From Felis catus (taxonomy: Eukaryota): a stretch of 64,000 nucleotides of DNA. Position 1 is the stretch's first letter. The number at the start of each line of letters is the position of its first letter. A program made the translations under genes and the position numbers. Below the pieces are notes generated by a model. It worked only from the letters and a program-made list of their open reading frames with translations. It was not told the DNA's origin and ran no database searches. The stretch covers positions 89,654,001 through 89,718,000 of the forward strand of contig NC_058368.1 in NCBI RefSeq assembly GCF_018350175.1, given 5' to 3'. This document shows, piece by piece, positions 25,480-38,150 of this stretch.

Positions 25480-26660
25480 TTTGTCTAACCTTGACCGCTG
25501 CGGGGTTCATTCCCTTTGCAGCGCGCAGTGAAGGACCGGTGCATTACTTGCATTCTCTGTCCGCCCGCAGGGGTCCCGGGGGGCTGTAGGGCGGCCACGG
25601 ACTCCGAAGGAGGACACTAACCAGCCTCCAAGCCGCTGAGCCACACGGGTACCTCGGATCTAGCGGGCAAGCTCCACCCGGCCAGGGGGCGGGACTGATA
25701 GGTGCGAGGGGCGGTCCGACGGGCCTGGCCCCACCCCCTGGGGGGTCCGCCGGGACCCCGCCCCGCCCGCGGCCTGGCCCCAGCCCCGCCCGCGCCCTGG
25801 CCGCGCGCTCACACACCGAGCCCGAAGCGGCGGCCGCGCAGGTCGGACCCGCGCCGCAGCGGCCGGAGATGCAGCGGGAAGCCGCGCTGTGCCTGCGCCT
25901 GTGGCTCTGCCTCGGACTGCTCGACGGCGAGCGCGGTGAGCCCGCCGCCCGCCCGAGTGCGCGGCTGGCCGCGAGGGGGGATACTTCCCCGGGGCGACGA
26001 GGGATGGGGTGGGGGGGCACTGGACCCCCGGGAGCCTGGGGCAGCAGGGGAGACGGGGCTGGGAGCCCGGGGATACGGACGCCGATGGAGCACGGCAGTT
26101 AGGGCCTGGGCCCTCCGGGATCAGGAAAGGGCGGGCGGAGACTGCAGCCGGGTCAGGGACCGGGCACCGTCTGCACCGCAGCGGAGGGACTGTGCTCGGG
26201 GTCCTCGACCACCTTCCACTGTCTGTGGCTCAGCTCCCTTGGAGCCCGGCCCCATCGCACGGCATTCTCAGATAGGATCCTTCGCTTGCTTACTAGCTCC
26301 CCGGCGGAGTCCCGGCGCTGCACGGCTCTGCCCTCAGACCCTCGCGCAACGGGGACAGTACCCCGGTGACCGAGGCGGCAATCCCCGCGGGGCCGCAGAC
26401 CTGGGTGCGCACTTCCCGACTCCTCCTAGCTACGCTCGAGGTCGGTCCCCCAGAGGGCGCTCCGGGCAGGTGTCCACCTTCCCCAGGCCAGAGATTGCCG
26501 GGGCAGCGGTTCGGGGACCGCCAGAGACAGAAGCCGTCAGGCGGATTGGGCGCAGGTGCACGTGGGAACTTGAGGGGAGTCTTGAGTTGGCAATTCAGGA
26601 GCGATCAGCGTGGCAAGAGGCAGGATTCCAGCGCTCCCTGTATTTAATGGGTCGGGAGCC
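25480..26660. promoter_or_regulatory. CpG island, TATA-less FLT4 promoter
   Basis: Very high GC and CpG density around exon 1; GC boxes (ccccgccc) at about 25756 and 25784; no TATA box seen. Confidence 0.9.
25869..25926 (+). CDS. FLT4: FLT4 exon 1 coding part (signal peptide). Ends at 25926 with a GC donor, or at 25935 with a GT donor.
   Basis: ATG at 25869, MQREAALCLRLWLCLGLLD, phase 1; followed by gcgagc gcg gtgagc. Confidence 0.9.
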
Positions 26661-29600
26661 TTGAAGGCCAAATTCAAGAGCCTGGACTATACATAAGGCA
26701 GCAGCAGCCACGGAAGGATCTTAAGCGCAAGACAGACAGGGTCCGGTCTGTGAAAGGAATATAACCAGAAGTTGCCCCTGTGGGGTTGGAGAAAAGGGAG
26801 TGTGGAAGATGAGGGAGGGAACAGAGGGGTATGTTTGGATCGAGATGTCAGGGATAACCCCTCAGGGGTTTGGTGATGATGTGCTAGAAGTCCACGCATG
26901 ATCTAGTGACCCAGGGAATCAGAGGGTGGAAGGAGGGTCACGGGTCCCCAGTGGTTGGGAGCAAAGTGCTGGAACGGCTGGAGAAGGGGATGGGGGGCTT
27001 ACTATTTTTGAACTCTGCCCATATTGAGTACTGGCTTTACATGTTTTAACTGTTTTAATTCACAAGGAAGTGTTAGACCCATTTTATAGATGGGGGGCAC
27101 AGAATAAAGACATATGTAACTTCTTCAGGGTTCCCAGAGGTCAGCAGTAAGGGAAATAGTCAACCCAGATCTATAGGATAACAAAGCCCTCTTCTCTATG
27201 CCTTGGCAAGGTGAAGGGCAGAGGACAGGGGAGATGAAGTAGGTGTGGATGAATCTAGAGGCAGGTTGGAGGAGGACATCTGAGTTGGGGCAGGTCAGAG
27301 AAGAGGGGCTGCCCTTTAGTCCTTCCTTGCTCTCCTGCATCCAGCTGAGGTCAGGCTCCCACAGATATTTGGTGAGCTTGTTGAGTGACTGAATGAACAT
27401 GGAGAGAAGTGAAGGTGGTCAGGCTGATAATGGGAGACCCCACCTTGAGGAGATACCCAGCAGGCAGCTGCATGTAGTGTCTGAGGCTCAAGAGAGAGGC
27501 TGGGCTGGGGAGCTGGAGTGAGAGCAGAGCAAAGGTTCCAGGATGGGATTCCCCCACCCCAGGGAGGAAGCTAGAACAGGAAGAGGCTTCCCGGGAGACA
27601 GGGAACATACCACAAGGTGTAAGAACTGGGAGAGCCTGCTGTAGTGTACCCAGGGGGTGGAAGAGTGAAGACAGATGAGGCCAGTCGTACAGGGAGTGCG
27701 GGTGGCTCTTACCAAAGTCAGGCAGTGAAGAGGAGAGAGGATGTTAGCTGAAGGGGCCCGCGGAGCAAGATAGCCCAGGCTGGATCAGGGCATGGCTGGT
27801 AGGAAATGAGCCCTGCATTTGCCCTGAGGAGCTCCCAGCCTGGTAGGTGATGCTGGAGCAGACGCATAAACACTTAAATGTAACCAAGTGTCAGGGCACC
27901 CAGGGTGGGTGGCCAAATACTGGTAGGTGAGAATCTTGGGAACCCTGAAGCTGACCCCTCAAAGGTGTGCAGTTAGTCCTAGAACCAGATTTTTGTTCCA
28001 GCTCTGCCCCTAACTGGCTTTGTGGCCTGGGACTCTATCTTCCTCTCCCTGCACCTCAGTTACCCCATGCATAGCAGTGCAATGGGCAAGCACTTGAGGG
28101 CTGTGCTTGGGCCCGACTTTATGGCTTGGGGTCCCAGTCCAGTTCCAAAAAGCTTTGCCTTGGCAGTGTCCCTGTGGAGAGGGCAAGTGGCAGAAGATGG
28201 GCCCAAGAGGGAGGAGAGTCCCTCTAGAGAAAGGCTGTTTGTGCCATTGGACAGTAGGAAATCAGCTCAGGGTCAGGTAGGGGAAGCAAGTGGCTGCTCA
28301 GGACTGCCTTGGCCTAAGGACAGTGGCCCCTGCCAGCCAATCAGCTCTCTGCTGTCCCTGTTACTCAGCCCTGAGCCAGACCCAAGTCTGGACAAAGGTG
28401 TGGGGGTGGGATGGGGGATGCAAGTCAGTGCAGGCAGGATGTGGGGGCTGGGCCACCTTACTCAGTCCTGTGGACCACTGGCCCCGGCTCAGTCACTGTG
28501 GCTGAAGGGCTCTCTTCCTCCACAGAGCACAGTGCCCACACTACCAGGCACCGCACTGAGAATGAGGCATAACAAGAGGATGATCTGTCCAGCTCCCCAC
28601 CCTGCCCCAGGCAGTGGGACCCTGATCCAGGGAAGGAGACTGCAGTTCTGTGCACATCGCAAGCTAGGGTGCCTGCTCAGGGTAGCTCAGGGAGGATTTG
28701 GGCCGGCCCCATCCTGCAGGGGTTTCCTGAGTGCCAGACTGGCAGGGACACAGGCGTGGTATCTGTATCATAGGGATGCAGGTGCTCAGTGACCCCCATG
28801 AGGTCCAGCTGGGAGCTGTGGGCTGCTCAGGAAGGTGGCATCATTTCCAGCTCAGGGCTTCTTGAAAGGGTCTGCAGACTCCAGGGAAGGGAATTCCAAG
28901 TAGGGCAAAGAACCCCTGAAAGGTTCAGAGGCAGGAAAGTGCAGATGGCGTATGGGGACTCAGGGGTAGTCAGATGACACTAGTCTTGGGTGGGGTGGGG
29001 GAGGTGAGGCTGTTGCTGGTGGCAGGAGCCGGCAGCACACCTGGAAAGGGGACGTTCTGGACAGAGAGCCACCTAGTCAGGTTCCCTGAAAGCATTGCCA
29101 GAGGGGCAAAACAAGATGGGAGCCCATGGCAAGGACAATACATCAGAGGAGGAGACAGCAGGAGATGGTGGGGTGAGAGGGATGTATGCTAGGCTTTGGC
29201 TTAAGCCACAGAGTGGGTCGTGAAGACTGTTGACCAGATGGGAGGAGGGACGCATGTAGGGAAAGAGGAAGTGCTGCCCTGGGAGGCAGGTCCTCCAGGT
29301 GGAGGTGCCCAGCGGTACTTCCTGGAAGACCCCAGTTGATGCAACGGGCCAGATAAGGAAGGAGGAAATTTGGGAGTGCTTGAGTGTAAAAGGGCAGAGA
29401 GGAGTCAGGGAACCCAGGGAAATTAAGTGGGAAGTTCTTCTCTGCATCTAGCTTATATTCCTACTGCTGTCATTTGGGTGTTTTCCTCCATATGGCAGAT
29501 TTCAACCCCCCCTAGGTCCTGGCCTGGCCCCCATGGCTCTCTGAGATGCCTCTCAGAGAGGGAGGTGGGCAGAGGGAGGGGTCCAGAGAGTCCCTCACAC

Positions 29601-30789
29601 TCCCTGCACTGACTTCAGAGCCAGAGGCAGCCGACGTGTCCAGCTGGAGCCAGGGATTCCTGAGTTTCGATCCTTTTCAGACACTGGCTTCCTCTGGGAT
29701 CTCAGTTTTCCGGTCACGCCAAAGGGAGAAGTCTGGGAGCAGGAAGGTGCGGGCATTCAGTGCTGGCAGGGGCTGGGCCTGGGTGGGGCAGCAGCAGGCA
29801 CGCCCCGCCCGGGACCCCGAGCCTCAGGCCACCTCCACCCTCCCACCAGGCCAGGCCAGGGTGGGGGTGGCCCCACGAGCAGGCGCAGGTCTGGGTGGCG
29901 AGTGGGGGAGCCCCGCCACGTGTCCAGCGAGGTCAGCAGGGGTTCATGGGAAAGGACTTGTCGGCCACAGGAGAGGACATCCTGCCTGCGTTTCCCTCTT
30001 CCTGTGGCAGGAGCCCACGGCCCCGATTTAGCAGTGCTGGGGGGCCACCTCTGAGCCAGCTGGGCTGTCCGATAACACCGCCCGTCCTGCCGCCAGGGAG
30101 CAGAGCCCTGACCCCAGGCAGGTCAGGCAACTGCCTGGCACAGCTGCCCTGCACCAGGAGCCCAGCATCTGCCAGCGTGCCCCTCCCCCCATATCACCCT
30201 CAGGGGGACTCAGGCAGCCTGCCCTCCCTGAAATCACCTCCATGCTGCCCCCGTAGGACCTCTAGAAAACAGATCTGATCTGACCTTTCAGTGGCACTGC
30301 CGATGATAAGCACCAACTTCTTGACCCTTCCCACTGGGGTCCCAAGGGCATCCCTAACCCTATGTCTGCCTAGCCCACACCCACAACACACCCCAGCTCT
30401 CAGCACATGACCTTTCTCCTACTCTAGATACACCTTGTCTTTCACCCAGCCTTTGGGAGGTTGCCAGGAGCTCTAGGCTGGTGGAGGGAGGATGGTGTTG
30501 TTCCAAGTGGGTGCGTGGGAGGGGGCTTCATTCCCACTTGCTGTGTGCCTCAGAGGCACGAATGCAGGCTTTCAGGCAGTTCCAGGGGGAGCTCTTATCG
30601 TCACCCAACCTAAAGCCCCATTCTCAAAGCCACCCTAAATTCTACCAAACGGAGATTCCTCTGTATTAAGCAGCACACAGGCACACACACACACACATGC
30701 ACATTTGGAGTGTCCAGCAGCGGTGCCTCACCTCAGTATAAAATGGTAAATCAAATTGCTTTACCCTAGGGTGTGTGAAAGTTTTAGCT

Positions 30790-30910
30790 TTGTGTCATAG
30801 GCTTATTGTGCCCATTTTGGAGATGAGGAAATTAAGGCCAGAGGGGTGAAATGGCTCACAAGGTGCTAGAGTGTCAAGTGCTAGAGTATCTGGTCTCAGA
30901 TGGCATAGGG
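30790..30910. mobile_element. MIR fragment (similar cores at about 27070, 32000, 32830, 34020, 45060, 46990 and 54330)
   Basis: MIR core cccattttggagatgaggaaattaaggccagaggggtgaaatggctc. Confidence 0.7.
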
Positions 30911-33900
30911 CCAAGGGGTTAGAAGGGGCAGGTGGTTGTCCACGTTCCCCAAGGAAGGATCTAGAGGGGGGACCATGGGGGAAACTAAATTTCTGACCAC
31001 CTCTGGACATTTTTACCTTGATTGTCCCAGAGACCTTTCAAAAGCCACATGCCCCACAGACACGTTGCCTTTCCCCCAAGTCTGCCCCTGGCCAACGTGC
31101 CTACCTCAAGGCAGGACATCTCCATGTCCATCCCTCACCTCCACAGCTGCCCACACACTGTGTGCTGCCCCTTTGCCCCCTAGATCCTCGGGGGAGTGGG
31201 CAGCAATCCCAGGCCAAGTCTCATACTGGGGATGCCACCATTAAAGGCGAGCATTAGCTCCCTCATCCTTGCACAAAGCAACTGTCAAATGTAATGAGCT
31301 GACCACTGCATGGAGCCGCAGAAACATGCAATGGGGTCCCCGGTGAGGGGGGAGGGGCCTCAACATGTACCTCAAGGGAGTGGGCACTAGATAAGGCCAT
31401 GCAAATAGCTCAGCTTCTGCCGCCAAGCAGCGGAATGGTTTTAGGCAGGAAAGCAACTTGTGTTCTAGAAAAATAATCTAACCACTGGGTAAGATCTGGA
31501 CCAGTGGGAAGACACTGGTGTGGTGGGCCACACCAGACAGTAGAGGACTGGAGGGCTAGACAGCAGGGGACTGGAGGAGGGCAGTCCCAAGATGTGGCTA
31601 TCCGGGCAGAAGGCATCCACTGCTAGATGTCTGCGTGCTGGAAGTGCAAAGCCCTCTGCCAGGGGGGCAGGGAAAGAAGAGGGAGAAGAGGCACAGGCCC
31701 AGAGCTCCCAGCCACCCTGCCTTGGTGCTGCCTCTGAGAATGGACAGACTTCATGACTAATGGGCTGTGGGGGGTGGGCAGAGTCAGGAATGCCTGACAG
31801 GTGACCGTCCCTAGGATGGCAAACCTAGTAGAAGGGAGAGCAATGCTTCCAGGGCTGAAGGAAGGAAAATGGTCAGATCACCTGAAGGCCTTTACATTTT
31901 GTAAACTGCAGAAATGCAAATAATGTGATCCTGTATAGAGTAAGTGGTAACTTCCCATAATCCTGTCCCCCAGAGATCATCTCTGAGCAACAAGTTAACT
32001 TCTGTGCCTTAGTTTTCTCACCTGCGAAATGCCAAGAATAGTACCCACCTCAGTGGGGCGTTAGAGGGGTGTGGTGTGCATAGGCCTGGGCAGGCACACA
32101 GAAAAGTGTTAAATCCATGTTTGCTACTATTATCCTAAATAGTATGTATGGGGTAAGCAGAATTTGGGGGTCAAAGCACGTGAATATTCTTTTATTACGA
32201 TGAGTGCTTGTGTGCCCACATCCTTGCCAACACTGGGAATTCTCTCTCCTTTAGACACTTGCTCATCCATAGCTGTGTGCCCTGTGGCTCCAGCTATCCT
32301 GCCCAGTGGTGAGTGTGGTTTGGTAGGAGGGCTGGGGGGTGCCCTGCCAGAGACATCTTGGAAGCAAGCCCCACCCCCAACCAGGGCTGGAGCTCAAGAG
32401 AGCTGCCAGGGAGAGTGGGGGAGCTCAAAGGTGGGCTCAGAGCCCTGCCATCACCAGAAGGCAGCACCCCAGGGAGCAAGGCCAAAAGTCTGAGGCTGAC
32501 CTGTGGCCTGGGACCCTTTTCTGTGGCCTCATTGACCCACATCAGTTCTGTCTATGTGACAATCCAAGGTCAGCCATACTCAGGCCTTGCACATTCCCTC
32601 TGCCATGTGTGTTCTCCTGGAACAAACTCCTACTCAGTCTACAAAGCCCATTTCAGCTCACCCCCTCCTGCCAGCATGGCTTTCTCTGACACCCCCCACC
32701 ACCACCACAACTGTGACATACAAAGCACTCAGCAGACAGTGACAGCCAAGGGCTCAGTGTGCATGAGCCAGCAACAGTTTGTTCTTGCTATGGTTCTTAT
32801 GTGGTATTGTTATTTGTGGTTCCCTGTAATCCTGGGAACAATTCTCATTTCTCAAGTAGGAAAACTGGGGCTTGGAAAGAGCAAGGGACTTACCCAAGGC
32901 CATACAGCCAGAGAGTGGCATTGTGGAGCACACAGCCAGGCTCAAGGGGCTCCAAGCACGTTCTGGGAACAGCCCCTCTCATCCCAGCCATCTCAGCCCT
33001 GTATGGTCAGGGAACTGTGGCCTCTTGACCCTACCCTTGACCTCCGAAGGCACAGAGGTTACCGGCCAGGTGTGGGGGGACTCTAGGACTGAACACCCCT
33101 GTGCCTTCTGGCCAAGAGTGAAAGAGAGACACCTGGAGCAGGTCTCCCCAGATCTACTCAGCTCTAGGACAGATGCATAGAGACCCCAAACCCAGCCTCA
33201 ACTGGCCGGCTGTCTCCCATGTTTCTCCCTCAGCTTGCCTCCAGTTTGCAGCCATAGCTGCCTCTGTCCGTCTGGACATAGCTGCTAAGGAGTGTGTGGA
33301 TCAGACTGGCATTACTGCCATATAGTCTCCATCACCCACAGGGTGACCATGACTGTCTGCAGGAAGAAATTATCAAATGCAATAACCACTACCACTATAT
33401 TCTGGCAGTGTGTGGGGGCACCCCTGAGCTCACAGACAATCCTGACGTCATCCCCAGGTTGGCCATACTGGACTTGAGGACAGAGTCATGACGCCCAGGA
33501 GCTGCCTGATGATACAAATCCTCCCCATGTAGAGGATCAGGGCCGGGGCAAGGACAATGTGCTCAGCCTAGTGTCTTGGAGCAGGAGCAGTGATTCTCCA
33601 GCCACAGAGAGCAGGGAAGGAGAAAGTGTACAACCTGAGGCAAGCAGGGAGGTGGGCAAGGACCTAGTAGATGCTGGCTGTGGCAGGAGCATTGGGAGGT
33701 GAAGCCAGCCAGGAGGGCAGGGCCTGTTAGGATGGGCATCACCCTGGAGGCCAGGCCAAGGGCATGCACAGCTCCAGAGGGCCTTGAGGGTCCAGTGCAG
33801 GTTTCCTCAGGTCACGACACCCCTCTGGGCTTAGGGACAGATTGGAGGCCAAAACGGAGGCTGCTGGGGAGCAGGGAGGAGGAGAGACCAGCACTCAGGT

Positions 33901-34704
33901 TAGTGGTGGGAGAGAAGGGGACCGAGAGATGTGAGGGCTAGGACTGGGCAGGGATGGGCCTGGACTTTTCCAGACCTGGGCTCCTGCACAGCTGTTAGCC
34001 TGCTGCTGCTATGGGGCTGGGAGACTCAGTTTCCTCATTGCCGACTAGATTCATGATTCTTCCCTTCCTCCCAGGCTGTGTGAGGATCAAATGAGGCAGT
34101 GACTACAACGTCATGGCCAGTGCCTAATGCACAGGATTTCCCACACCCCCGCCCCCTGTGACTCGCCCCTCACCCAGGATCCCAGTGTGCTGCTCCCACA
34201 GCCGGCTGCCTGTGGCTGACTCCAGGGTCCCCACTGCCCAAGGCTGCTGACAGCACACAGAAGAGGAGGTGTGCACTCTGGCCTCCCTGACCTCAGCCCA
34301 GCGCCTGCCCTGACTGCTCTGTTGCAAGCTGGGGGGCCAGGGACGCCAGCCAGGGGAAGGAAGAAGCCAGTTCCTGGGCCAGGAACAGGAAGGCAGGGGG
34401 AGTGCAGCAGAGGCCAGGATGACAGCGCTTCCTGCTGCGGGAAGGGAAGGACAGTGGGGACAGACAACAACCAGGCAGGAAGGATGCATCTTCTTTGGGG
34501 TTGCAGGTGGGGGTTGGGCAGCATGGAGCCTCTGGGCAAGGCAGTCATTGGACCAAATCTGCCTTAGCTACTGAGCATTCTGGGGTACACATGGTCACCA
34601 AGGAGCTTGGTCTTTAAAATTGGAAACATTTTCCAGAGGAATGACAGGGTCTGACATAGTTCCAACCTAAAGGAAAACCTGAGGTTTGTTTAGCCAGCCA
34701 GTAA

Positions 34705-35345
34705 GCCATCCACCTATCCTTCTATCCACCCGTCCATCCATGCAACCACCCATTCTTGCTTCCTTCCTTCCATCCACCCATCCATTCATCCATCCTTGCT
34801 TCCTTCCGTCCATCCACCCATTCTTTCATCTATCCATCCTTCTATCCATCTGTCCATCTATCCTTCTATTTAGCCATCCCTCCTTCCACCCTTTCATCCA
34901 TCACCCATCACCCATCCATCCATCCGTCCATCCACCCATTCTTCCATCTATCCATCCTTCTATCCACTATCTGTCCATTTATCTTCCTAACTAGCCATCC
35001 TCCCTTCCATCCTTTCATCCATCTTTCCATCCACCCATCCTTCCATTCATCCACCCTTCCATCCATCCATCCATCCATCCATCCATCCATCCATCTGTCC
35101 GTCCTTCTATCCATTTGTCTGTACATCTGTCCTTCCACATAGCCATACTTCCTTTCATCCATCCATTTACCCATCCTTCTTTCCATCTATTTGTACTTCT
35201 ATTTATCCATCCATCCTCCTATTCATCTGTCTGTCCATCTGACAGTCCAGCTAGCCAGCTTTTCTTTCATTCATCCATCCACCCATATTTCCATCCATTC
35301 ACTCATTCATCCATCAGTCTATCCGGTCATCCATTTATTTATTCA
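34705..35345. repeat. Degenerate (CCAT)n tract, about 640 bp
   Basis: Direct reading; merges into an L2-like tail. Confidence 0.93.
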
Positions 35346-37520
35346 ACAAGTATTTATGGAGTTTTGATTCTGTGCCAAATGCTGTGCTAGACATGGGGTG
35401 GGGTAGAAAAGGAAACTGTACTGGTTCTTACCCCATTGAAATTTACTGTATAGTAGAGGAAATGGAAAAACATAACTTAAACAAATAAGTAAATAAGATA
35501 ATTACAAATTGTGACAAGAAGGATTAAGGAAGCAACCAGAAAGTTAAGATGAATATTAAAGGAGGATTTAGGTTTTAGAAGGGGTTAGAAGGTCATGGCT
35601 AAGCTAAGGCTTTAAGGTGAGAAGAAGCCAGCCTGTGCAGGGCATGTGAGAGGATGCAAATCAGGAGGAGTGTGTTCAAAGCCCCGGGACAGGAAGGAGC
35701 ATGCACATTATGGAAGAGCCTGAAGGGCATGATGGCTGGAGAACATGAACACAAGGTGAGGGTGGCCCAACAGGGAATGGAAAGGGATCAGGGGTCTAGC
35801 CATGGAATTTGGATTTTCCTGAAAATGCAGGGGAAATCACTGAAGGGATTTAACCATGAGCATGATATGGCCCCTTTCTGTTCCCTATGTATCACTTACA
35901 ACTATGTGGGGGACTGAAGGAGGGCAAGAATAGGCCCAGAAGCCCACTTTGGGGAAAAGTGCAGTTGGGCAGGCCCCAATGAGACAGCAGGGGCTGGCTC
36001 TGAGATGCTTTGGTGGTCGGTGATTGGCCAGGGTGAGGAGAAGCGTGTCCACAGCTGCTCCCATATGGAGAGGTGGGAACTATCAAGGAGAAACCTTGGG
36101 CAGAGGTGAAGAGGGTGTGAGTCTGGAGTTCAGTATCAGAAATGTCAGACTTGGGGTGTCTGTAAGGTGGCTAAGTGCAGCAGCAGCTGGATACTTCAGG
36201 CTGGAGTTGAGAGAAGGACAGGAGGTAGAGACTCTGGAAGTATCCAGACACTTAGGGAAGAGACCTACAGAGAAGAGAGTGAGAGGGAGTACATGTGGTG
36301 CTGGGCAGAGGGGAAGGAGGAAGATAAGAGTACAGTGAGCTCACAGCAGGTGGCAGAAGAGGAAGCAGCCCTGCTCTCTGCCTGGAGCACCCACTGGTCC
36401 TATAACATGGAGGTCATGGGATGCCTTGACCAATGGCTCCATGAAGCAGGGGGTTGGAGGAGAAGGAGATCTGCACCCCAGAAGAAGGATGGATGAACTT
36501 GAGAGGAGAAGGCAGCAAGCAGAGCTTTTGCGGTGAAGGGGAATAGGAAAGGGGAAAGGGGACAGGCACAGGAAGCGAATAGAGGATCAAGGAATGGGTG
36601 GTGGCGGGTGGGGCAAGACTTGTTTATAGGATGGGAGATGGAGGTCTTGGCCTTGGGAGTGCGAGTGTCAGGGGGGTTCCAGGGCCCAGGTAGGGGGTGT
36701 AGAGTTCGGATGGGGAAAGATGATCTCCATATGATGGTTTTACTTCATTAATGCTGAGAGTGAGGGAGGAAAGAATGCCTTGAACTTCAGTCTGAGGGCT
36801 CATTTAGGATCCATCTACAGGAAAAGAAGGGGGTGGGGCAATAGCACAGGGCTCTGGCTTTGCACTGAGTGCTGAGCCACTGAGGGCCATGGTGGTGCTG
36901 CAGGGATGGGGTGGAAGGTGAGAGGCAAGGAAAGGATCAGGATGATGGGCTGAAGGCCGCACTATGCCAGTAGACAAGGGCAAGGCCAAGGAGGGGCCTT
37001 GGGGGGGGGCTTGGAGGGCCTTGCCTATGGGGAGGGGTCCCTGAACTGGGAGTTTTCATGAGGCTGAAGGACTTAGCAGAGGTGGCATAAGGGCTCCTAG
37101 CAAGAGGAGATAGGGAGAGCAGGGCAAGGCAGGCACTTGGTAATGGTGTAGTTCTCATGAGGACCAGATCCAGGGTGTGCCCAGGAAATGAGTGGCTGCG
37201 AGGAGGAGGGACAGTAGGGATGAAGACCACAAAGGCCAGGATGCTGGTGAGTCATCCACGTGGATTCTGAAGTCATGGGGAATGGTGTGAGTTGTGGTTG
37301 CAGGAGCTGGAAAGCTAGGAGCAGAGAATGAAGGGAAGTCACCACAACAGCAGCTGATGACAGTTTTAGTGGGGAGTAGGTGGTACCATAAGAGAACAGA
37401 GGTGACCACAAGGAACCCTTCATTGCCAGGTATGTGCAGTGGAGAGCAGTACTGCCCCAATGAGAGAGGTGGCTTCAGAAAGTCAGATTTCAGTTAAGGT
37501 TGAGGATGGTGAGGTCTACA
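35330..37520 (-). mobile_element. LINE-2 remnant
   Basis: L2-type 3' end (cattcaacaagtatttat...tgtgccaaatgctgtgctag); minus-strand peptides HDFRIHVDD and GHTLDLVL resemble APE endonuclease motifs. Confidence 0.7.
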
Positions 37521-37714
37521 GCAAAGTCTGCTGAGCATGCAGAGCCTGGTGGAAGTGAGTGAAGACAGGGGCACTGGAGACAAAGGAGAGGCTTACACAG
37601 ATGATAAAAGGGTTGGCAAGGAAAATGGATGGTCTGTCTGTTCAGTACAGTGATATGGATGCTTCCTTTGGTGGTACGGTGCCCTCTATGGAGGAAGATC
37701 CTACAGGCCTCATT

Positions 37715-38150
37715 CCCCATCCATCAATCCACTCCAACATCCACCTTTCCACCCACAATCTACCCACCCATCGACTCATCTACCCCCCAATCCACTCATC
37801 TACTCCCATCTACCTATCCACCCATATCCACCCATCCACCCTCCATTCACCAACCCTCTCATCCATTCATCCTCCCACAGTCCACCCATCCACTCCTATC
37901 CACCCATCCACCCATCCACCCACAATCCACCCACCCATCTACCCATCTACCCCTCATCCATGCCCCATTCACCAATCCACCCTCCATCCATCAATCCACC
38001 CACCACTCATTCATCATTCCATCCATCCACTATCCATCTACCCACCATCAATCCATCCAACTATTCAGCCACCCATCCACCCTCCCATCTATCCACCCAC
38101 ACCCATCCATTTATTCACCTGATCATTCATCATCCATCTTACCATTCTTG
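37715..38150. repeat. Degenerate (CCAT/CCAC)n tract
   Basis: Direct reading. Confidence 0.93.

Noticed and set aside
25544..26664. Long ORFs over the promoter (320 aa on +, 158 aa on -)
   Set aside because: Arg/Pro/Gly/Ala-rich with no recognisable domain; expected from stop-codon scarcity in a CpG island
30860..30895. Short direct repeat gtgctagagt x2
   Set aside because: Trivial slippage duplication inside a MIR
28022..33086. ORFs of about 256 aa in intron 1 (28022-28792 and 32313-33086)
   Set aside because: No recognisable homology, non-ATG starts, partly overlapping MIR remnants; likely chance ORFs in GC-rich DNA
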